DNA of 60,607 bases, the filler included. It is 6 parts of 6 records of this genome, joined end to end, with 100 filler letters (N's around TTAATTAATTAA, not from the genome) between each part and the next. Parts side by side here need not be neighbours in the genome. Positions count along the whole stretch, not along the records: positions 45,747 to 52,114 come from DRR723986_6838; positions 52,215 to 60,607 come from DRR723986_6854; 4 more parts are not named here. One strand, given 5' to 3'. Below the pieces are notes generated by a model that worked only from the letters and a program-made list of their open reading frames with translations, did no database searches and had not been told where the DNA came from. Within the stretch, counting starts at the first letter, position 1. Every line of letters begins with the position of its first letter. Below, in pieces: positions 49,518 to 58,462 of the stretch. Both the position numbers and the translations under genes were made by a program.

Positions 49518-49835
49518 ATGAAAGCCGCGTGTCTCGCCCCGCTTCTGGCCGTTCTTCTATTGGGCGCCTGCGTCGAGGATAGCCCGGAGGAGCTGTCCCC
49601 GGCGGAAGAGGCCGCCTGTGAGGCACGGGGCGGATATGTCGGGTGGGCCGGGTTTTCGGGCGTTGAATTCTGCGCGGAACCGACGCCGGACGCGGGCCAG
49701 ATGTGCCGCGCCGCATCCGACTGCTCAGGCTATTGCGAGGCGGAAAGCCGGACATGTTCCAGCCATTTCAATGACTTTGGCTGCTACAGCTATCTTGATG
49801 ACACCGGGCAGGTCGTGTCGATCTGCGTAGACTAG
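49518..49835 (+). CDS. Small cysteine-rich lipoprotein of unknown function
   Basis: Lipobox LLLGA/C followed by 8 further Cys; fits exactly between neighbouring genes. Confidence 0.75.
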   Translation: MKAACLAPLLAVLLLGACVEDSPEELSPAEEAACEARGGYVGWAGFSGVEFCAEPTPDAGQMCRAASDCSGYCEAESRTCSSHFNDFGCYSYLDDTGQVVSICVD

Positions 49836-49845
49836 GACAAATCGT

Positions 49846-50622
49846 ATGGACGGATTGCAAGGCAAGCGCGTTCTGATCACGGCGGGCGCGGCGGGTATCG
49901 GCCGGGTGATGGCCGAAAGCTTCAAGGCGAAGGGGGCGCGCGTCGCAGTCTGCGACGTGGATGAGGCCGCCTGCGCGGAAATGGCGGCGGCCAACCCCGA
50001 TATCCTGACCCGCGTGGTGAATGTCACCGACATGGCGCAGGTCGACGGGTTCTTTGACGAGGCGCTTGATGCGCTCGGCGGGCTAGACGTGGCGGCGGCC
50101 AATGCCGGGATCGGCGGACCCGCCGCGCCGGTTGAGGATATGGATTTCGACGGCTGGAAAGAAACGCTCGCCGTCAATCTGGACGGGGCCTTTCTGGTGG
50201 CACGCCGCGCGGCGCCGGTTCTGAAGGCGCAGCGGTCGGGGCTTCTGCTGCTGACCTCTTCGACCTCTGGCCTTTTCGGTCATCCCTATCGCTCTCCCTA
50301 CGCGGCGGCGAAATGGGGCATAATTGGCCTGACAAAGACATGGGCGATGGAGCTTGGCCCCTACAACATTCGCGTGAACGCGCTTTGCCCCGGTGCGGTC
50401 GAGGGGCCGCGTATGGATCGGGTCGTCGCCAATGAGGCGAAGGCGCGGGGTGTCAGCGAAGACGAGGTGCGGCGCAGCTATGTGCAATGCGTCTCGATGA
50501 AAACATGGGTGACGGCACAGGATATCGCCAATATGGCGCTCTTCCTGGCGTCGGATATGGGCAACAAGGTCTCGGGACAGGCGATGGCTGTCGACGGGCA
50601 CACGGAATCGAACGGGGATTGA
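49846..50622 (+). CDS. Short-chain dehydrogenase/reductase
   Basis: TAGAAGIG, NAG, YAAAK, NALCPG. Confidence 0.92.
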   Translation: MDGLQGKRVLITAGAAGIGRVMAESFKAKGARVAVCDVDEAACAEMAAANPDILTRVVNVTDMAQVDGFFDEALDALGGLDVAAANAGIGGPAAPVEDMDFDGWKETLAVNLDGAFLVARRAAPVLKAQRSGLLLLTSSTSGLFGHPYRSPYAAAKWGIIGLTKTWAMELGPYNIRVNALCPGAVEGPRMDRVVANEAKARGVSEDEVRRSYVQCVSMKTWVTAQDIANMALFLASDMGNKVSGQAMAVDGHTESNGD

Positions 50623-50623
50623 A

Positions 50624-52066
50624 ATGACCAAGACAGCAGCCATTCTGGGCGGGGGCGTGATCGGCGGCGGCTGGGCCGCGCGGTTCTTGTTGATGGGCTG
50701 GGACGTGCGGGTGTTCGACCCGTCGCCCACGGCCGAGGAAACGCTGAACGAGATGCTGGGCCGGGCGCGCAAGGCGTTGCCTGCGCTCTACGATGTGGCC
50801 TTGCCGGCAGAGGGTAAGCTGAGCTTTCATGGCACCATCAGCGAGGCCGTCTCCGGCGCGATCTGGATTCAGGAAAGCGCCCCGGAACGGCTTGAACTGA
50901 AACAGAAACTGTACCAGCAGGTGCAATCGGTCTGTGACCCGGAGGCGATCATCGGATCGTCTACCTCGGGCTTTATGCCGTCAGAGCTGCAAAACTGCGC
51001 GACGCGGCCTGAGCAGATCATCGTGGCGCATCCGTTCAACCCGGTTTACCTGCTGCCATTGATCGAACTGGTGGGGTCGGACAAGACCGATCCGGCGATG
51101 ATAGACAAGGCCGTGACGCTGCTGAAAACTGCGGGCCTCTTCCCGCTCAAAGTCCGGCAGGAAATCCCCGCCCATATCGCCGACCGCTTCCTGGAAGCCG
51201 TCTGGCGCGAGGCGCTGTGGCTGATCAAGGACGGGATCGCCACGACAGAGGAGATCGACGACGCGATCCGCATGGGCTTTGGTCTGCGCTGGGGGCAGAT
51301 GGGGCTTTTCGAGACCTATCGCGTGGCCGGTGGCCCGGCGGGGATGAAGCATTTCATGGCGCAGTTCGGACCGGCGCTGGCCTGGCCCTGGACCAAGCTT
51401 ATGGATGTGCCCGAACTGACCGATGATTTGATCGATATGATCGCCAGCCAGTCCGATGCCCAGTCTGGCCATATGTCGATTGCAGAGCTCGAGTCGCTTC
51501 GCGACGGCAACCTGATCGGGATGATGCGCAGCCTGAAGGCGCGGGGCAACGCCGTTGGTAAGGTGCTGGCAGAACATGAAAAAACCATCGAACCGGACGT
51601 TCCGGACCTGATGGTTCCGATGATCACGCTGGACCGGCAGGTGCCGACGGACTGGGTCGATGGCAACGGCCATATGAACGAAAGCCGCTATGTGCAGGCG
51701 ATGTCAGAAGCCAGCGACCGGTTCCTTGTGTGGATTGGCGCGACACCGGAATACATCGCCTCGACCGGCAGTTGGTTCACGGTGGAAAACCATGTGCGCT
51801 ATCTGGCCGAAGTGATGATCGGCGACCGGATCACCGCGACGACGCAGGTGCTGGAGGCCAAGGGCAAGAAGCTGAAACTGTTCTACACGATCCGCCGTAA
51901 TGGCGAGGTTGCGGCGACGGTGGAGCAGCTGCTGATCCATGTCGATATGCAGACCCGCCGAGCCGGTGATCCGCCTGCCGAGATGGCCGATCTGACCCGG
52001 CGTATTGCCGAGGCGCATGCGGGTTTCGAAGTGCCGGACGGGGCCGGTGGCACGGGCCGAAAATAG
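50624..52066 (+). CDS. lcdH: L-carnitine 3-dehydrogenase fused to a hotdog thioesterase (betainyl-CoA thioesterase-like)
   Basis: GGGVIGGGWAARF, HPFNPVYLLP, GMKHFMAQFGP; C-terminal DGNGHMNESRY. Confidence 0.88.
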   Translation: MTKTAAILGGGVIGGGWAARFLLMGWDVRVFDPSPTAEETLNEMLGRARKALPALYDVALPAEGKLSFHGTISEAVSGAIWIQESAPERLELKQKLYQQVQSVCDPEAIIGSSTSGFMPSELQNCATRPEQIIVAHPFNPVYLLPLIELVGSDKTDPAMIDKAVTLLKTAGLFPLKVRQEIPAHIADRFLEAVWREALWLIKDGIATTEEIDDAIRMGFGLRWGQMGLFETYRVAGGPAGMKHFMAQFGPALAWPWTKLMDVPELTDDLIDMIASQSDAQSGHMSIAELESLRDGNLIGMMRSLKARGNAVGKVLAEHEKTIEPDVPDLMVPMITLDRQVPTDWVDGNGHMNESRYVQAMSEASDRFLVWIGATPEYIASTGSWFTVENHVRYLAEVMIGDRITATTQVLEAKGKKLKLFYTIRRNGEVAATVEQLLIHVDMQTRRAGDPPAEMADLTRRIAEAHAGFEVPDGAGGTGRK

Positions 52067-52090
52067 GCGAAAAAGTGGGGGAGTGCCATG

Positions 52091-52112
52091 CGTACACCCC
52101 CCGTACACCCCC
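52091..52112. repeat. 11-nt tandem repeat at contig end
   Basis: CGTACACCCCC twice, immediately before the break. Confidence 0.7.
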
Positions 52113-52114
52113 TG

Positions 52115-52214
52115 NNNNNNNNNNNNNNNNNNNNNNNNNNNNNNNNNNNNNNNNNNNNTTAATTAATTAANNNNNNNNNNNNNNNNNNNNNNNNNNNNNN
52201 NNNNNNNNNNNNNN
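52115..52214. other. Artificial contig linker
   Basis: 44 N + TTAATTAATTAA + 44 N. Confidence 0.99.
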
Positions 52215-52215
52215 G

Positions 52216-53412
52216 GCTGTGATGGAAAGCATCGACAGCGGCAAGACCATCTTTGATTGCGAAACCGTGGACCTGCCGGAGACCATCACGTGCATCAAGT
52301 GGCACGCGGAAGCCATTGATAAGATGTATGATCAGGTCTCCCCTGCAAGCGACGATCACATCGCCATGGTGGTGCGTGAACCCATCGGAGTGGTGGGGCT
52401 GGTCCTGCCGTGGAACTTCCCCTTGTTGATGTTGGCGTGGAAAATCGGACCGGCGCTTGCGGCGGGTTGTTCGGTGGTGGTGAAACCGGCCGAAGAAACA
52501 TCGCTGACGGCATTGCGGGTGGCGGAATTGGCGTATGAGGCGGGCGTGCCGCGCGGTGTGCTGAACGTGCTGCCCGGCGGCGGGGCAGAGGTGGGTGAAC
52601 CCTTGGGCCGCCACATGGATGTGGACATGGTCAGCTTCACCGGCTCGACCGTCACCGGAAAAAAGTTCCTGAGCTATGCGGCCGAAAGCAACGCCAAGGA
52701 AGTGGTGCTTGAGATGGGCGGCAAGAACCCCTGCGTGGTCATGGAGGATGCCGAAAATCTTGATGCCGTGGCCGCGCATATCGTCAACGGCGCGTTCTGG
52801 AATATGGGTGAAAACTGTTCCGCCATCAGCCGTCTGATTGTGCACCGCGATGTCAAAGACGCGCTTCTGGACCGGATCGAAGCCCATGCGCGGGAATGGC
52901 CTTTGGGCGATCCGCTTGATCCTGAAACACGGCTTGGGGCGATGGTGTCCAAGGCACATTTTGATAAGGTTTCCGGCTATTTGGACGGGGCTCCTAAAGC
53001 AGTGATCGGCGGCAACACCCAAGGCGGTGCTTTTGTCGAGGCAACGGTTCTTGAGGTGCCAAGCAACACCCATAGCCTTGCGCGGGACGAAATCTTTGGC
53101 CCGGTCCTGAGCGTCATCACAATCAGCAGCTTTGAAGAAGCCATCGCTGCGGCCAATGACACCGACTATGGCCTCTGCGCGTCGATCTTCACCGCCAATG
53201 GCAAACGTGCGTTGCGCGGCGCACGGATGCTGCGGGCCGGCACTGTCACGGTCAACAGCTATGGGGAGGGGGACATTTCCACCCCTTTTGGCGGGTTCAA
53301 ACAATCGGGTTTTGGCGGGCGGGACAATTCCATGCATGCCCATGATCAATATACCCAGCTCAAAACAATCTGGATTGATCTGTCCGATGACAGCGACGCC
53401 GAGGTGTCCTGA
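52216..53412 (+). CDS. Aldehyde dehydrogenase (PuuC-like), 5' truncated
   Basis: PWNFP, FTGST, LEMGGK, NMGENC, EIFGP, PFGGFKQSG. Confidence 0.9.
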   Translation, partial: AVMESIDSGKTIFDCETVDLPETITCIKWHAEAIDKMYDQVSPASDDHIAMVVREPIGVVGLVLPWNFPLLMLAWKIGPALAAGCSVVVKPAEETSLTALRVAELAYEAGVPRGVLNVLPGGGAEVGEPLGRHMDVDMVSFTGSTVTGKKFLSYAAESNAKEVVLEMGGKNPCVVMEDAENLDAVAAHIVNGAFWNMGENCSAISRLIVHRDVKDALLDRIEAHAREWPLGDPLDPETRLGAMVSKAHFDKVSGYLDGAPKAVIGGNTQGGAFVEATVLEVPSNTHSLARDEIFGPVLSVITISSFEEAIAAANDTDYGLCASIFTANGKRALRGARMLRAGTVTVNSYGEGDISTPFGGFKQSGFGGRDNSMHAHDQYTQLKTIWIDLSDDSDAEVS

Positions 53413-54164
53413 TGCGGGTTGGATTTATCGGAACGGGTGAGATCACCGCCGCTATGGTGCGCGGCCTTGCGGGGCGCGGGCATCAGATTATGGTGTCAGA
53501 GCGTAATGCGCAGGTTGCGGCGCAATTGGCCGCTGAGGTTGAGGGGGTATCCGTTGCCGCCAATGTGGATGTGGTGGCGGGATCGGATGTGGTGTTCCTG
53601 TGCCTGATGGCGGATGTGGCGCGGCAGGTTTTGCCAGACCTGCCGTTCCGGGCCGAACAAGCGGTGATTTCGGTGATGGTGGATATCAGCCATGACGCCC
53701 TGCAAAAGCTGTGTGCGCCAGCGACCGACATCGCGATGACCATTCCCCTGTCCGCGATCAGCACGGGCGGTTCTATGTTGCCGGTCTATCCGGCCTCCGC
53801 TGCATTGACCGCGCTCTTTGGGAACAGCGATCATGTGTTTGAGGTTGCCAGCGAGGCCGCGCTGAACGCGCATTTTGCGGGCTGTGCGCTGTCTGCGCCG
53901 TTGATCGCGCTGATGCAGACCGGGGCGCAATGGCTGGGCAATCAGACGGGTGATCATCAGGCGTCTGAGGATTATGTCGCGGGTGTCTTTTCCGGGTTCC
54001 TGCGGCAAATGGCGACAAGTGGTGCGGATTTTGATGTTTTGTTGCAAGGGCTTGCCACCGAGGGTGGGCTGAATGCCAGTCTCAGGGCGCATATGCATGA
54101 GGCCGGTGCACATGATGCATTGGTTGCCGGGTTGGAGGCTCTCAAGCCGCGGCTTGGTCTGTGA
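53412..54164 (+). CDS. Pyrroline-5-carboxylate reductase-like NAD(P) oxidoreductase
   Basis: GFIGTGEI Rossmann motif; ATEGGLN resembles the P5CR SPGGTT region. Confidence 0.7.
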   Translation: MRVGFIGTGEITAAMVRGLAGRGHQIMVSERNAQVAAQLAAEVEGVSVAANVDVVAGSDVVFLCLMADVARQVLPDLPFRAEQAVISVMVDISHDALQKLCAPATDIAMTIPLSAISTGGSMLPVYPASAALTALFGNSDHVFEVASEAALNAHFAGCALSAPLIALMQTGAQWLGNQTGDHQASEDYVAGVFSGFLRQMATSGADFDVLLQGLATEGGLNASLRAHMHEAGAHDALVAGLEALKPRLGL

Positions 54165-55501
54165 CCGCCTACCGCGCCAAACGCGCACCGCGGTTTGATA
54201 CCCCAGCAGCTTGGGCGGAAATTTTGGGCCCATATCCCGAAACTGCGCCATTTGCGGGGGCCGAAACCGCCGATGTTGTGGTGATCGGCGCGGGCTTCGC
54301 AGGCCTGTCGGCGGCACGGCGATTGCGGCAGTTAGATAAGGGGCTGCGTATTGTTGTGCTGGACGGGTTGCGGGTTGCCGAAGGCAGTGCAGGGCGCAAT
54401 TCCGGCTTTATGATTGACCTGCCGCATGATCTGGCCTCGGACGATTATGCGGGCGCGGGGGATGATGCGGCGTTGATCGCGCTCAACCGGCAGGCCATCG
54501 CCTTTGCCGCCGATGCAGTGGCGCAATATGAGGTCAATCCGGCCTATGCTGATCCGGCGGGCAAGGTAAACGGTGCCGCCACCGCCAAGGGCGAGGCGCA
54601 TAACGCCAGCTATGCACAGCATCTGGCGTCCTTGGGCGAGGTGAGCGAGGCATTGGACGCCCAGCACATGCAAGAGCTGACGGGCAGCACCCACTATAGG
54701 TCTGGCCTGTTCACCCCCGGCACGATGATCCTGCAACCTGCGGGCTATATCCGTGGCCTTGCGCAGGGTTTGCGCCGCGAGGGTGTGCAGATCTACGAAG
54801 GCTCCGCCGTGACAGGGTTTGCCCGACAGGGCGGTGACTGGTCTGTGACCACCGCGCAGGGCCAGATCACGACACCGCGCATCATTCTGGCCAACAACGG
54901 ACATCTGGAAAGCTTTGGCATTGCCAAGGGGCAGTTGATGCAGTTGTTTCTATACGCCTCCATGACGCCCGATCTGGATGCAGAGGCGCTGGCCCGCTTG
55001 GGCGGTGCGCCGCGTTGGGGCATCACGCCGTCCGATCCAATGGGCACAACCATGCGGCGGATTGATACGGCGCAGGGCGGCAACCGGATCATCACACGGA
55101 CCTGCGCAACCCTGCGCCCTGGTATGATGGCGGCGCCCCGCGATGTGGCACGTGCCGCGAACGTCCACCGCGAAAAATTCGACAATCGGTTTGCCCAACT
55201 GGCCGGTTTGCCGATGCAATACGCTTGGGCGGGGCATCTGTGCCTGACGCTCAACGGGGTCAGCGTTACCGATGAGATTGAGACCGGGGTCTATGCTGCC
55301 TGTGCCCAAAACGGGCTTGGCACGGCGCGAGGCACCTTGACGGGGATCGCCGCGGCAGAGGCTGCGCTGGGGCAGTCATCCCAGATCACCGCCCATTTCA
55401 ATGCCGAAGCTGCACCCAAGCCATTGCCACCACAACCTTTTGCCACCTGGGGCGCAAATGCATACCTGCGCTGGAAAGAACATCGCGCGGGCGCAGAATA
55501 G
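54161..55501 (+). CDS. FAD-dependent oxidoreductase (DAO/PuuB-like)
   Basis: IGAGFAGL, SAGRNSGF, QPAGYIRGL, QNGLG. Confidence 0.85.
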   Translation: MTAYRAKRAPRFDTPAAWAEILGPYPETAPFAGAETADVVVIGAGFAGLSAARRLRQLDKGLRIVVLDGLRVAEGSAGRNSGFMIDLPHDLASDDYAGAGDDAALIALNRQAIAFAADAVAQYEVNPAYADPAGKVNGAATAKGEAHNASYAQHLASLGEVSEALDAQHMQELTGSTHYRSGLFTPGTMILQPAGYIRGLAQGLRREGVQIYEGSAVTGFARQGGDWSVTTAQGQITTPRIILANNGHLESFGIAKGQLMQLFLYASMTPDLDAEALARLGGAPRWGITPSDPMGTTMRRIDTAQGGNRIITRTCATLRPGMMAAPRDVARAANVHREKFDNRFAQLAGLPMQYAWAGHLCLTLNGVSVTDEIETGVYAACAQNGLGTARGTLTGIAAAEAALGQSSQITAHFNAEAAPKPLPPQPFATWGANAYLRWKEHRAGAE

Positions 55502-55536
55502 TAGACCCGGCGCTGCCGCTGGCGTATCACGCGCCT

Positions 55537-56580
55537 ATGAAAAGCCCGATCCACCTGATGCGCCGCGCCCTGCACAAAATGCGCGAACGTCGCCGCCGCC
55601 AGCAATTTGCACGCTCTCTGCGGCATCTGCATGGACCCGCACAACTGGGCGCCGGTGCCGATGAGGTGGTGCTGATCGCGCTGGTGCGCAACGGCAGCTA
55701 TTATCTCGATGCGTTCTTTGCCCATTACCGCGCCATGGGCATCCGGCATTTTGTCTTTATCGACAATGGATCAACCGACGACACCCTGACCCGGATCGCC
55801 GCCGAACCGGGCACGATTATTGACCAAAGCGCCTTGCCTCTGGCCGGTTTCGAAGACCTGATCCGCCAATATCCGGCCAATACCTATGGGCAAAACCGTT
55901 GGTGTCTTTATGTGGATATGGACGAGATTTTTGATTTTGAGGGGCGCGAAAGGCTGGGCATGGATGGGCTGATTGCCTATCTCAACGGGCAGGGGGCCAC
56001 CGCGATGGTGGCGCAGATGCTTGAGATGTTCCCCAAAGCGCCGCTGCGCGAGGGGGCGCATTTGCCTTACGCGCAAGTGCTTGAGGAGTTTAGATATTTC
56101 GATATCAGCACTGTCGACAAATATGACTACCACAGCACCGATATCCCGTTTTCAGAGCTGCTCAAGGACAACACAAACCCGCACCGGGACATTCAGTTCT
56201 GTTTTGGCGGGGTGCGCGGCAAGGTCTTTGGCGAGGCCTGTTGTCTGACCAAACATCCGCTGATCTTTAACGGGCCAGAGGTAACGCCCGCACCGCATCC
56301 ACATTTGTCGATGGGGGTGCATTGCGCTGACATCACCGGGGTGATCAAACATTACAAATTCGCCAATGATCCCGGTGCGCGAGATGCGGCGTCTCTGGGC
56401 GCTGGCGATGTGGCGCATGGCGAAGACGCCCGCCGCGCCGCTGTGATGCGCGATGTGCCGGATGTGACGTTGTTTTCGCTTGATGCGCGGCCCTGGAACC
56501 GGGTTGAACTGCTGATCCGGGCAGGGTTCGTGGTCGGCTCCAAACGGTTTTCCGAATATCTGTCGAAGGCCACGCGATGA
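55537..56580 (+). CDS. Glycosyltransferase family 2-like protein
   Basis: FFAHYRAMG, FIDNGSTD, WCLYVDMDE, KHYKF. Confidence 0.82.
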   Translation: MKSPIHLMRRALHKMRERRRRQQFARSLRHLHGPAQLGAGADEVVLIALVRNGSYYLDAFFAHYRAMGIRHFVFIDNGSTDDTLTRIAAEPGTIIDQSALPLAGFEDLIRQYPANTYGQNRWCLYVDMDEIFDFEGRERLGMDGLIAYLNGQGATAMVAQMLEMFPKAPLREGAHLPYAQVLEEFRYFDISTVDKYDYHSTDIPFSELLKDNTNPHRDIQFCFGGVRGKVFGEACCLTKHPLIFNGPEVTPAPHPHLSMGVHCADITGVIKHYKFANDPGARDAASLGAGDVAHGEDARRAAVMRDVPDVTLFSLDARPWNRVELLIRAGFVVGSKRFSEYLSKATR

Positions 56581-57521
56581 CGGTTGCGGCGGTTGTCATC
56601 GGGCGCAATGAAGGGGCGCGGCTGATTGCCTGCCTCGCGGCGCTTGAGGGGCAGGTGGATCAGGTGGTCTATGTGGACTCGGGGTCCACCGATGGCTCTG
56701 TCGAGGCGGCGCAAAGCCATGGTGCGCTGGTGGTTGCATTGGATATGACGCAGCCATTCACCGCAGCCCGTGCGCGAAACGCCGGATTGGAAAAGGTCGC
56801 GGAGCGCGTTGAATTTGTTCAATTCCTTGACGGGGATTGCGCCCTGCGACAAGGTTGGATCGACACCGCCCGCGCGTTTTTGGCGGGCCATCCCGATGTC
56901 GCCGTGGTCTGCGGCCGGCGGCGTGAACGGTTTCCAGATGCCTCGATTTTCAACCGGTTGATTGACCGCGAATGGGACACACCGGTGGGGCAGGCCTTGG
57001 CCTGCGGCGGGGATGCCTTGATGCGGGTTGCGCCGCTGCGGGATCTGGGCGGCTATCGTGACAGCCTGATCGCGGGGGAGGAGCCGGAGCTTTGTTTGCG
57101 TCTGCGCCAAGCGGGCTGGCAGATCTGGCGGCTGGATGCAGAGATGACATGGCATGACGCCGAGATCACACGCCTCAGCCAATGGTGGAAACGCAGTCAG
57201 CGGGCGGGCCATGCCTTTGCCGAGGGGGCGGCGCTGCACGGTGGGCCACCGGAACGGCATTGGGTGGCTGAAAGTCGCCGCGCGTTGATTTGGGGTGTGG
57301 CACTGCCGCTTGCCATCCTGGTATTGGCTTTGTTGATCAGCCCCTGGGCGCTGTTGCTTTTGGGGATCTATCCGCTGCAGATCCTGCGCTTGTCGCGGCA
57401 CGGCGGGCTGGCATGGGCGGCTTTGACGACCTTCTCAAAATTTGCTGAAGGTTTGGGCGCGGTGCAATATCACCTGCGCCGGATGTCCGGGCGCAAGTCT
57501 GAGATCATTGAATACAAGTAG
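56577..57521 (+). CDS. Glycosyltransferase family 2
   Basis: VIGRNEG, YVDSGSTD, ARARNAG, FLDGD, GEEPE, QWWKR. Confidence 0.88.
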   Translation: MTVAAVVIGRNEGARLIACLAALEGQVDQVVYVDSGSTDGSVEAAQSHGALVVALDMTQPFTAARARNAGLEKVAERVEFVQFLDGDCALRQGWIDTARAFLAGHPDVAVVCGRRRERFPDASIFNRLIDREWDTPVGQALACGGDALMRVAPLRDLGGYRDSLIAGEEPELCLRLRQAGWQIWRLDAEMTWHDAEITRLSQWWKRSQRAGHAFAEGAALHGGPPERHWVAESRRALIWGVALPLAILVLALLISPWALLLLGIYPLQILRLSRHGGLAWAALTTFSKFAEGLGAVQYHLRRMSGRKSEIIEYK

Positions 57522-57524
57522 CCA

Positions 57525-58271
57525 CTAGCGCTGGCGCAGCGCGTCGATCATCAGCCCCGGCAGGATCGCAAAACACTTGGCATAGCGCGGCACCATCCGG
57601 CGCGGGCTTTGCAATGCCCGCCAAAGCCATTCCAGCGCCACCATGCGCATAATCTTGGGCGCACGCACCTGATGGCCTGAGAAAAAATCCAGACCCGCAC
57701 CGATAGAGGCAAAACCGACACCTGGCGCGATCTCGCGGCCCCGTGCGGCAAAAATCTCCTGCTTGGGGGCGCCAAGGGCGATAAAACACAAGCCTGCGCC
57801 ACTGCCTGCCAAATCCCTCAGAATTGCATCAGCGGCGGCGCCTTGCGGGTCAAACCCGTAGGGCGGAGCATGGATGAAGGACACTTCAAGGCCCGGCACG
57901 CGGGATTTGAGCGCCTCCGCCGCGCCAGCGAGCGCGTCATCACTGCTGCCGACAAGAGCGATGGACCGGCCCGTTTCCACACAAAGCGCACAGAGCGGCA
58001 GGATCATGTCGGACCCCGGCATCAGCTCCACCGGTTGCTGCGCCAGTTTGGACATCCAGACCACGGGCCGGCCATCGGCCACCACCAGATCATGTGCACG
58101 GTAGGCGGCAAGAAACACAGGTTCTTCCGGCAGTTTGGTGAGGTGATCAAGGTTCAGCGTCGCCAGCGCGAATCCGGTTTTTTCGTTCAGGTGACTGCGC
58201 ACAGCCTGAAACAATGCCGGGCGCGTCGGCACATTGACCTCAATCTGATGGGGATCTTTGCCAAATTTCAT
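57525..58271 (-). CDS. WecB/TagA/CpsF-family glycosyltransferase (GT26)
   Basis: TLNLDH, ADG, GSD, ALGAPKQE, RAP...LEWLWR. Confidence 0.92.
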   Translation of the reverse strand: MKFGKDPHQIEVNVPTRPALFQAVRSHLNEKTGFALATLNLDHLTKLPEEPVFLAAYRAHDLVVADGRPVVWMSKLAQQPVELMPGSDMILPLCALCVETGRSIALVGSSDDALAGAAEALKSRVPGLEVSFIHAPPYGFDPQGAAADAILRDLAGSGAGLCFIALGAPKQEIFAARGREIAPGVGFASIGAGLDFFSGHQVRAPKIMRMVALEWLWRALQSPRRMVPRYAKCFAILPGLMIDALRQR

Positions 58272-58462
58272 CTGCCGCTGCCCTCGGGACGGTATGCGGA
58301 TGAAACGTGATGTGGCGCGGCTGTGGTGAATTTAGATAATTTAATCATGCGGTTACCTGTATTGTGGTGACGCATCGCACCACCGTGAAAAGAATCTATC
58401 GGGATGACAGGCGTCAGGCCAGATGATAATTTCCCCCAAAGCCACCACGCCATAGGACCAAC

